This document shows positions 53,401-64,000 of a DNA stretch of 64,000 bases, piece after piece. The notes beneath the pieces are model-generated. The model saw nothing but the letters and a program-made list of their open reading frames with translations, was not told the DNA's origin and did no database searches. Position numbers and translations under genes: made by a program. The stretch's first letter is position 1, and each line of letters starts with the position of its first letter. This stretch comes from Octopus vulgaris (Eukaryota): NCBI GenBank assembly GCA_951406725.2, contig OX597814.1, forward strand, positions 45,632,001 to 45,696,000. Direction: 5' to 3'.

Positions 53401-55451
53401 CTTTAACTTTTTGAAAATCAGTCAAGATCTTTCCTACAATTGAAAAAGGTGCTATTTGAAATCACAACATTTAAGTTGTATGAAGAGGTTAAAAATTATC
53501 GTATCATATCTGAATTGACTTACAACACACCAAACAAATGGCTCACTATATACACATTCCAGAAATAATGACATAAAACAAATTATTATCACCTACAAAA
53601 AAACCTTCAGTACAACACAATAATCCTTTATAAAACTTGTTAGACAAATCACAAGAAAAACCTAAAACACGAGCCCTGCTCATAAAAGTCCAAGATGCAG
53701 CAACAATTAATGCATAGGTTGTGACAATTTAGTTAGTTGAACTGTGACATCATATAATACCAAACATAACCAACAATCAAGTTTATTTTCAAAATATGAA
53801 GCATCCAATACACAAAATCATTATACCAAGTTTGGAAAAATATATCCTGTAAAAGAATGAGCACTGAAAATATTGGCTTAAACACAATATAGATGTTACA
53901 CATTAGATAATACAAAGGAAAACCAAGCCCTACATGTTTGAAGAACTTGAAATTTAAGTGCCATCACAATCATAATTCTGATACCTCCATACCTCAAAGA
54001 AGAAACAAATGGGAAATTTTTGACAGATTAACATCTTGACACTCGAATGTGATTTTTCTTGTACTATCATTTGAAAATATTAATCTGGTTATAGGTTAAA
54101 TCCTTAAATCAGTTTAAAACCCAGTGGAAAAATACATGGAAAAAATTTAGCGGCTACTTTGAGTAATACTTATCAGTAACATTGTGATATATTTTTTTTT
54201 TTTATCATAGCAGTATGAATAGAAATGAATTTATTTGCACATAAATTATTGAAGCAACTGTGTTTACAATTAGAAGTCCTTCTACAAGCACCTGGATAGT
54301 AGCAATATCTACATTTACATTGTTGAAATGTTTTCAATGCACAGTATATATTTTCCCCAAACATTTTAAACTTAATAAAATAAAAAAAATTAATCTAGTA
54401 TAGATATCAAGATAACATTCTTATTGTCACACACCATCATATCAATCACACTAAGTTATATCTTTCTTGTATCTGAAATATATCTTTTATACTACAGACA
54501 CTTTGTAAAAATGTTTATCAAAGCAGCTTACAGCATTATTTTATTAAAACTATAGACCCATATCAGGCTTTATTGCATTTTTGTCACTCATCACATTGTA
54601 ATATTAGTCAGAAGTATATCAATTGTTATTTTCATATTGTAACCAAACTTTTATTCATATTTCTTCATTTACGGAATCTTATATATAACTTCTTCCAATA
54701 TTCCACTGGTCATATGAATTCTTTTTATTTTAAGTCTCAACAGCCAATCAAAACAGAAATTTACAAAATTTTTTGATTGCCTGCACATGTGCGCACACAT
54801 ACAAACATACACAACGAGGAATCATTTATACCTTAAATATATTCTTTTTAAAAATACACCATCATCATTCAGTTGTCAATTTTGAGGCCAACTAGAAAAT
54901 CACAAAGGAAATAATACATAAGGAACCAAACGTGCTGCTAGACCCTTTGACTTACTTTATAAATTTAACACAGATATTTTCACCAGTGAAATTGATTAAT
55001 TATTAAAGCATGTGTTAATATAACTCCACTTATTTTTAAAGAGGTAGTGAAGATGTCAGTAAATAACAACTATGGTAAACACTGTTTAGATTCCAAACAA
55101 AGTGCTGAAGATTTAATAAATCTAATGACCAAACAAAACGAAGCATCAACATGTCAGTTTCATATAAATACGAATAAAACGTTAGTTCATGCTGATCCAG
55201 TTCTTAATTTCACAGCATGTGTAATTATACAACTGGATTACATATCTGACAGATGATATGGCCGAGGCAATTTTTAGAAAAAGGAGATGAAAGGGTTATA
55301 AAAAAAGTTCATGCCAATAACATGCACTTGATTGCTTTCAAAGCATGACGGTTGTTTTAGTATTCAGTGGTTTTGATTATAGTTACATTTTCTTATCTAC
55401 TTCGCTAGCATTTCACGACATACCTGCTCTCCTTGTGATATTTTGATCAAT

Positions 55452-55488
55452 TTAGCGTTTCAACCGAAAAAAAGTAGACCAGGCCGCA
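55452..55488 (-). CDS. Candidate alternative septin-7 exon (exon 55424-55488) giving an alternative C-terminus
   Basis: Acceptor tttctttcgctttcag, donor CAG|GTATGT; phase-2 join gives (D)AAWSTFFRLKR*; CpGs locally retained. Confidence 0.5.
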
Positions 55489-56261
55489 CTGAAAGCGAAA
55501 GAAACTTTACCAGAATGGAATAATGTTTCCTTAGAGTTTAGATGCAGGATGAAGAATGTTAATGTAGTAGATATTACTACTGGAAATGACCTATTATTGT
55601 ATCCCCTTTAAAGGGCTTTTTAGTAGGTTAAAAATACTTCAAAATTTTCTTTGTCTTTATTGTTTTTTTACTCTCTTAGGAAAGCAAGATAAAAATTACC
55701 CAAACTGTTAGAGGGATTATGTGAGGTATCAAGGGAATTCAGACTTCAAAGAAAATAATTCAATTAATTAATAATGTTAATTTGTTAAAAAGAATTAGTA
55801 CATTAAGAAAGAATCATTATATATATATATATTACAGACAAAAAGTAATCATGTTTAGTGATTAGAAAAGAATTAAATATAATTATCTCCCCTTAGTTTT
55901 ATGATTTGAAACTAATATTAAAGACTATTTCCATAGCAAGTAAATAAATCTCTAAATAAAGCTACATTGTATACAAGTACTAAAATATATCAAAAGTAAT
56001 CCTTCCAATAAGAATAAAAGATCATTACTGATTTAGTGTTATCCAGTGTATTTTGTAAAGCAAAATGGTGAAAAGATTAACTGTGAAGCTCATATTTCTC
56101 ATTTAAAATATAAATTTATTCAAATATCACATGGTTGCATTTATGTATTGCAGCCATTGTAAAATTCTGTCACTGATAAAATGCCAGATACAACAGGAAA
56201 AATGTTTTATTCATATTAGACACTAGCACATAATTTCAAACAAAACTTTTGTTTTGTTTTT

Positions 56262-56612
56262 TTTTTTTTTACAGGTTTCAATCATTAGACTGCAGCCACA
56301 TTGGGGCACTAACTTGAAGAATTTTATTTATTCTTTAAAGCCTGGCACTTATTCCATCAGTCTCTTTTGCTGAACCACTAAATTATGGGAACATAAGTCA
56401 ACACTGGTTGACAAGCAGTGGTAGGGACACAATCACAGATATAAATATACACACACAACCAGGCTTCTTTTAGTTTCCATCTATCATATACACTCACATG
56501 GTTTTAGTTGGTCTGAGGCTATAGTAGAAAACACTTGCACAAGGTTCTACACAGTGGGACTGAACCTGGAACCATGTGGGTGGGAAGCAAACCTCTTACC
56601 ACACAGTCATAC
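56262..56612 (-). mobile_element. tRNA-derived SINE
   Basis: Same family as 33931-34328. Confidence 0.85.
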
Positions 56613-56631
56613 CTACATAAACATAGGTAAA

Positions 56632-56770
56632 AAGGCTGTGTTTGTAACCACATGGTCTTGGGTTCAGTCCTGCTGGGTGACATCTTGGGCAAGTGACTTC
56701 TACTGTAACCCAGGCTGACCAATGTCTTGTGAGTGAATTTGGTAATCAGAAACTGAATGGAAGCCCATTA

Positions 56771-56807
<37 letters not shown>

Positions 56808-56848
56808 ATGTACGTACGTGTGTATGTGTGTGTGTGTGTGTATGTATG

Positions 56849-56900
<52 letters not shown>

Positions 56901-57110
56901 CACACACATACACATATACATATGAATACATGCATATGTGTGTTTATGTTTCTGTTTGTCCCCAACATGACCACTTGAAAACTAGTGTTAGTTTGTTTAC
57001 ATCCCCATAATTTAATAGGTTCAGCAGAAGAGATCAATAGAATAAGTGCCATACTTAGAAAATAAGTACCCCAGTTTGGCAGCAGTCCAACAACTGAAAA
57101 CAAGTAAAAG
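56632..57110 (+). mobile_element. tRNA-derived SINE with expanded internal microsatellite
   Basis: Same family as 43249-43634; TG/TATG/TA/CA tract at 56770-56940. Confidence 0.85.
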
Positions 57111-59299
57111 GTAATATTATGATATATCAGTGCTCAGTAATTATACAATTATACACCCAACCACCCGGGGCAGTCAACTTTCAAGTTAAGAAAGCATGCT
57201 TATCTTGCCTCTTGAAAAGAAAATATAGCTTAGAATTAAAATAAATTATGAAAATAAGATACAAAGCTTACAACATGTAGAGCAAGCAAGCAAGAAAAGC
57301 TTCTCATTGGTTTTGATTCTTAGTTGATGTAAGTTCATTTTACTTACACCATTATTACCCTTGTGGAAGGTATGAATGTTGCAATATCCTATTTTTCCTT
57401 TAAAATACAGGGTCTTTGCAACTAGTCACACGAATCAATAAAAATAAACTTAAGAAAGACATAACATTGAATATATTGAAATACAATAGCATCTATTTTC
57501 TAGTAAAGAAATCAAATACAATTATAAATGCAAACCCAACATTTACTACTTATGAACATATGTTCATACTAACACTACTATTCTAACCCTTACCAGTGCA
57601 CTGAGAAATGCCATTTAATAATATGCATAATATATTTGTAAACATTGATAAAAGTTTCTCTTCCCACATTATATGAGCCGTTGTATTTTTTTTAAAGCTA
57701 ATTTAGAACAGAATCCCATGGTTCTCTAAATGGTTACAATTTGGAATTGCTTCTAAGCAAATCACAAGTTAGGAGACTTATGCAAGCTTTCACACATTAA
57801 ATGATCTCTTTATTATGCTTTTAACACTGAATGAAAATGCCCTGAAAGCTAGTTTCAAAAGCTAATACTAGAGAAAAAGTTCCAAGGAAGTTTAATATTC
57901 TACCTCTTTTGTAAAATATATACTGCTTATGTAATTAACAACCCCGGATATACTATAACATTATATCTAAATGAAGATATTAAGAAACATTTTATGTAAA
58001 GATATGTAATATTTGTACGAATTCTTATTTCTAACGTGACTCCTTCCTTTATGATTGTTAGTGCTTAACTATGAACAGTTTAGTATGAATGAAATACACT
58101 AGAAACACAGCAATACCTCTTCATAAAAAATTAAGTATCAACTTAGGAATGGTATTAGCAGAGTTGATGGAGAGTAGATTGTTATGTATAAGAGAAAGAA
58201 TATGGGAAACAAAACTGAAGCTAAAGATCACACTTAAAGTCAAAGAGAACTTTATTAGTATGCTCTGCAGTAGTGCAATCTGACAAATGAATGGAGCCCA
58301 CAGGTAGACATTTTTGGCAAGAGATTCATGTACAAGACATAGCTGAAAGCTTTGCCAATATCAGGGGCCATATCACTGCTTTCATTAAATTTCTTGAGGG
58401 TAAGATCCCACTTGTTAGTGACATAGGAGGAGTGTGAGTCTAGTAAATCTGGTTTTATGTACTGGTGACCATTAGAGAGCGAGAAAGATCAAGTGTTGGA
58501 GAATGTTGTTAATAGCTGTTGCCATCACCTTTAAGACATTGGAAGTGTATGTAATATAATGGTTGTTGGCGGGATTAGAGGAGTTGCCTTTCTTGAGAGG
58601 GGCACACATCGATTGTGTTTCTAAAGATTGAAAGTAGCACAATAATGGATAATAATTTCTTGAAAGTGGTTTTAATCTTATTTAGTATTACTGAAAAACA
58701 AAAAGTTGCACAAGTACACATTTTCATCCATCCATCTATCCAATCATCACAACATCAAGATTCCCTATCTTTTATAATTGCTCTGTGAGGTTTTCTGCCT
58801 TATATCATGGTGCTCAGAGGACTTCTAATTGTTCAAATGTTGAGAAGTAATGTAAAATTAAATGTAGTATATATGATGGTTACTGATGTTATTCTAAATA
58901 TCTGGTTTTAACAATAGAAAAATATTCTTAGCAAGTGAAGAGATCAAAGAATAAGATAAGATCCTTTAGTATCATCATCATTGATTTTGTCATTTATTTG
59001 ATAAGATTTGCAAGCTTGCCCATTTACTAGAGAAAGAAAGTTTATCAAAACCCTGATATAAATCTATCAATAGCTAAGATATGTTTTTACCAAAACAGAC
59101 AAACTGAAATCATACTGAGCTTTCATTAGAAAAACTAGTGAGGGAAAACAGTTAACTTAAAGAGGGTCTACAATATTTATAATTTCTAAAGACAAGTTTT
59201 CAAACAAATAACTACTCATGAGAGATAACACAGAAGAGTATCAATATCTTGTAGAAATGCAAATAATGATAGACCAGTGAAGGTTAAGGAATTCATATG

Positions 59300-59990
59300 C
59301 CAAACAGTTATAGCCTGATAATCCTGAACAACCAATTCTAAATGCTATAATCCCAAACATTAAAATTCCTCAAAATTAGAACCATCAAAGGTTGATATAC
59401 TGAAAACTCCCCGAAAACCTTCCATCACAAATGTTGTATTTAAAAATTAAAATCCAAAATAATTCTTGCATCTTGTTTATCTCCCTTCGACTTCATCTTT
59501 TTGATGTATAAATACCATTCTACACTGCCTACAGAAATACAATCTTGAATTCAATGATTTACTGTCATTAATGGAAGGATATGGAAGACATAATCGGGGA
59601 TGTAGTTTCAATATCAAACACGTTTATGACTTTATCCAAAAGCTATTCATCACTGTACACATATTTGCAGTAAAAGAACAGACATATTCAATAGTTTAAG
59701 AACAAAAGTATTCAATATTTAAAGAGTAAAAGTATCTGACAAAGAAACTCTTTACATTCCCAATTCTTAAAGTTGCTGGAACGTATGTTCACCAATGGAG
59801 CCTATCCCTGAAATACACTTAAAATCTTTTTGAAGTAATTGTATTTTAATATTTCTTAAATAAATCCCATTTTAAAATCATAAGAAATGTCCTTTAAGAA
59901 TTTTTTTTAAATAATTTTTTTCCTGAATATATTTTCTGGGGTTTTGAGATTGTGATTTTCAGCATTTGGGATGTTTTTTTGAGATTACAC
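59300..59990. mobile_element. Possible degenerate Mutator-like element
   Basis: Imperfect inverted, internally repetitive ends (ATCCCAAA/TTTGGGAT, AAATGCT/AGCATTT). Confidence 0.3.
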
Positions 59991-60961
59991 TCAAAACTCA
60001 GCCTAAGACTACGAGTGGTCACAACATGATAAAACTCTTCAACTATATGATTTGTTAATGCCAACAGGATGTAACATCATACCTAAAGTATGTATCAAAT
60101 GTTTCTACTAGGATTAAATTATTTTGAGATTATATGTAAAGCTGTTAGACAGATTAACAAACTGGTGAAGTAGACTACCATCACAAAATATATAGATAAC
60201 TATCTTAGTTATTACAAATGGAAAACAAGGTAACATATACCAAGGGCTATTGTTCACAAACCTAATATTTCCATAATAGCAAATACCAACATCAGACCAA
60301 AATTATATAATATGAGAGATAAGCCAAAAGTACCACTTATATATACTTCAGTCTTTTTCACACATTACATTGCTCACTACTAAAATATCTATGTCACTAA
60401 GTAGAGGGTAGAGAAAATTTACAATGAAAACTGAACATTCAAGGTAGTTGCCTTAATAATAAAAGTTGCACTAAAGCATTTCTGTCTTGTTAAATAAACA
60501 ATGTTTTGGATCAAGATTTGAGAACTTCTCACATTTCTAAAATGAGAATATATAGCTAGATAAATAAAGAGAGAAAGCAGTAAGGACATTAATATGTTAA
60601 TGTATACACCTTATAAACCTCCAACAACAACGACAACAAAAAAAAAAAACCTACTTCCAGTTTCTATGACAGTGGATCTATTTAGTAAAAAAGAAGCAGA
60701 GTGAAATTTTTATTTACACCCGTACTTCAAATATACAAAAAAAAACCCCCAGAAAATACAAAATAAATAGTGTCAGAAATGTTAGAATTAACTTCAGTTG
60801 ATCAATTTGTTTGATTTTCATCTAGATTGAGATAATGTTATATACCATTGCAATTTAAATACCTCATTGTAAGTTGTTGTCTCATGAAATCAAGGATATA
60901 GCAATATCAAATCAACAGATCATAAAAAACATACAAAGCCAAGTAACAAGTGTTACACATT

Positions 60962-61172
60962 TTTATTGATTTTTAAGTATTTTCATTAAAGGAAAACAAA
61001 GTGAATCAAGTTTTGAATTGCCTTTTTTTTTAATAAATTGAATTTTTTTTTTAGTGCAAGAAAAAAAAAATGAAAATATGGCCAGTTGTGATATACTCAT
61101 GCAAAGAAATGGAAAACTGCAACGAGACAGCAAGTGAGTCTGCTGAGAATAGTCAAGCACAGAATGTATTAA
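60962..61172 (-). other. Candidate proximal alternative last exon of septin-7
   Basis: Acceptor cttttcctcttttgttatctgcag|T TAA completes Asp and then stops; AATAAA at 60962-60967. Confidence 0.4.
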
Positions 61173-62119
61173 CTGCAGATAACAAAAGAGGAAAAGATAA
61201 GCTAAATGTCACACACCTTCAGCCAAAGCATTCTAAATGAAGGAGAAAGCAACTGCTTAACAGGCAAAGCTTTCTGAATACTTGAAAAGGGGTTGCCCAT
61301 CTTGTCTTTTATTCCTACCTGCTTTCAGAATATAGATTTTCTGGGATTTTTTTTTTCAGGAATGCCCTAGTACTCACCAAGTCAGGCTTCTGAACCCCCA
61401 GTGAGTATATCCTTCAATGGTGTGTAAAATGTTGACTAACTTTTAGTTTAAGGGATTGAGGGAAGAGGTATTGAAAGTTCCGTTTTTCTTTCTCATATGC
61501 ATACCTAACAATAACATCATATTAATATTGTGTTGCTATTAGGTTCAAATAGACCACCGATGATTCTATGGATGTCTTACAAAAACTGTAGTAACATGTT
61601 AACGTAAGGCAATTAGTTGTAGAAAAAAGAATGTTCATCAAAACTGTTCATTTGCAAAAAAATGATTTATTTCATATTATCCTCAATATATTCCTAGTTC
61701 AACATCTGAAAAGCTTTGGTGGTGCCTTGATATTTTTGTTGTTTCTCATTGTCTGTGGAATATTATATTTCTACTATTTAGTTTCCTTACTTGGGCTTCA
61801 CAACTGCTGACTTTTTGTCAAGAGTTGCAACTGACATTAACCAGCAAATGGAAACATGGTTTCCTTGGTTTGATTCGGACGTGATATCTAAATTATATTT
61901 TCAGAATATATATAATTTAAGTTTATAAATTATCATACAGTTTAGATAATAACTATGAGTCACTGACATTTACATAAAAATTGTATTGCTAAAGAAATGA
62001 CTTGCACTTATTTCCATGATCAAAGAAGAACAACATAAAATAGACATATATACTGGAGTGAGGAACAACAAAAGAATAAAGGGAAAATACGGTAATCTGA
62101 TTAAAAGGGATTAACTTAC

Positions 62120-62265
62120 TCTTTTGTATTCTCTAGTGAGCGTCTTCTTTCTCCCATCTGCTCTTCCCAAGTGGATTTTTCTTTCTCAAAGGCAGACCAT
62201 TTCTCATCAAGTTCTTTCTGTTGTTGTTCTAAACTTTTCTTCATCTGCTCAGCTCTTCGTTGCAA
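62120..62265 (-). CDS. SEPT7: Septin-7 exon (coiled coil end)
   Basis: LQRRAEQMKKSLEQQQKELDEKWSAFEKEKSTWEEQMGERRRSLENTK(GA|GTAAGT), phase 2. Confidence 0.94.
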
Positions 62266-62808
62266 CTAAAATTTTATATCAATAGAATTTATGAATGCAT
62301 TTTAGAAAAAGCTAATTTCTCAATAAACCTATCTATACCTGCCCTGCCTTGTAAAATCTGCCATTCTTGTTCAGTATACTTATACTATATTGACTATATA
62401 TTCAGTCAGTAATAAAGGGTAATGTGTTCATGATGGTCAGTTGTTCTTTCTAATGATTAATTATATAAGAAAAACTAAATTTGTATATAGGCAAAAGTGG
62501 GTATACAGTTGCTTAATGAGTTCTTTTCATTTCTCTCTTTATCTTTTAGGATGAGAATTAGTTAAAAAGATAATTAAATAGAACTTAGAATCAAAGAATT
62601 CTGATCTTCAACGAAGCCTGTAAACTTTATACATATATAACACACACACACTTTCTTCAAGCATTAATCATGATGTAATCAAATCTGAACACACATCAAT
62701 TATTATTGATAATTAAAACTAAAAAACATTGGTAACAATAGTCCTTTTACTGTTGATATATCAAAGTAGTCAATGACACATGTATATTTAGAAACTTAAT
62801 CAACTCAC

Positions 62809-62944
62809 ATCAGCTTCAGAGTCCTTTAATTTGGTCTTCTTTTCTTTGACCTTCATTTCGAAAACTTGTTCCATTTCAGCCTCCATCTTCTTCATTTTAG
62901 CATCATGTTCACGCTTTTCCTCTTGCATTTGTGTGAGGGGATCC
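62809..62944 (-). CDS. SEPT7: Septin-7 exon (coiled coil)
   Basis: [45 protein letters not shown]; [12 protein letters not shown] is typical of SEPT7/peanut; donor GTGAGT. Confidence 0.96.
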
Positions 62945-63143
62945 CTAAGAAAAAAGCGGGGATAGAAAAAGATAATTTAATTAACAGTAAATTTTAATAG
63001 CTCCAATAATTAGTTTCTCTTGTTGGATATTTTCATTGTTATTTGCATTGATGAAATATCTTGATTTTGCTTATCTAACTAAAACATTCAAGTATAAGAC
63101 TTTATCTCATCTAGAAAATAACAGGAAAACAAGGAATACTTAC

Positions 63144-63257
63144 TTTCCAAGAGATGCTTTTACTTTTCCATCAGCAGTGACAGGAGCTAGCTTACTATAG
63201 CGATAATTTTCATAATGCACATTATTGGTCACATCTTTTAAGTCTTGCATGTGTGTC
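63144..63257 (-). CDS. SEPT7: Septin-7 exon (septin unique element)
   Basis: (R)[37 protein letters not shown](K); SEPT7-type [19 protein letters not shown]; phase 2/2. Upstream exons lie beyond the window. Confidence 0.95.
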
Positions 63258-63677
63258 CTAAGAAAGAATAAATTAAGAAGGAAACATTCTAATAGTCAGT
63301 CAGTGAAAAAGTATAGTTAAAATTGTCCAAATTTAGTTGTCTGTTCAACATTGTACCATGAAATGTATCTGCAGCATTGAAAGCTAACAAATGATTAACA
63401 GTTACATAGATTTGTTTTTCTTTTAGTTTTTTTTCTTTTCTTTTTACTATTGCTATGAAAGAGACTAATTTTATTGACCCTAAATTCAAAGTGATATAAA
63501 AAAATCATCAGCATTGCATATTCCAGGCATTAAGCTTTCTGTTTCATTTTAGCAATATTTTCAGTATTACTTTAATATATTGCTACTACCGTTGTTAATG
63601 GTTTTACAGGAACTGATAAACCAGAAGACAGTGCCCAATTCCAATGTCTGTTTTGGCATGGTTTATATGATAGATCA

Positions 63678-63845
63678 TTAGCCACTACACACATTTTTTT
63701 CTCTCCTTGTTTTCTGTGTCCCTTTCTGTAGAAGAGCATATGCTCGAAACGTAAAAGACTTTTTCTATTCCTGAGCGTTATACTAATACATCTGTTTTGT
63801 ACACCACCTGTTTTCGTCTTTTGTTTTTTTCCGTTAACTCTCCCT
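63678..63845 (+). mobile_element. Penelope-like terminal repeat fragment with hammerhead-like motif
   Basis: CTTT-CTGTAGA-A-GAGCATATGCTC-GAAAC-GTA-AAAG, followed by (TA)n. Confidence 0.5.
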
Positions 63846-64000
63846 ATATATATATATATATACATACACACAAGCAAATGCACCCATTCCTTTGGATGGC
63901 TTAAGTTGCTTTGGTGGTATTTTTTTCACCAAATAATTGAACTACCAAGAAGTTTTATGAGTAGCATGGCAATCTGTTTCCAATTAACCTAGGAATGGAA

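Noticed and set aside
61791-61830. Extra septin exon (ATLDKKSAVVKP) with GTAAGG donor
   Set aside because: The open frame needs a phase-1 entry but the upstream donor is phase 2; no available acceptor keeps the frame.

Overview
AT-rich, repeat-dense eukaryotic DNA; the SINE, RTE and MITE repertoire looks like octopus/cephalopod (my inference, not checked against a database). Two intron-containing genes lie on the minus strand. (1) A complete cytochrome c1 gene (CYC1): 8 coding exons, 12266-31880, 302 aa, CAACH haem motif, all GT-AG junctions in phase. (2) The 3' part of a septin-7 gene: exons 63144-63257, 62809-62944 and 62120-62265, then a terminal exon 47421-47454 (..DTKKDKKKSIF*) after a 14.7 kb last intron. 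That intron holds two further phase-compatible candidate exons that would swap or delete the polybasic septin tail. The rest is decayed mobile DNA: RTE LINEs (with a C4HC3 PHD finger inside the RT and a ~64-bp hairpin array in the 3' UTR), CR1/L2-like and L1/Tx1-like fragments, tRNA-SINEs, hAT, mariner and Tc1-like fossils, MITEs, Penelope-type hammerhead-like motifs, and micro- and minisatellites. No prokaryotic system, CRISPR array, tRNA or rRNA gene is supported. Most listed ORFs are spurious or TE-derived. Repeat boundaries are approximate.
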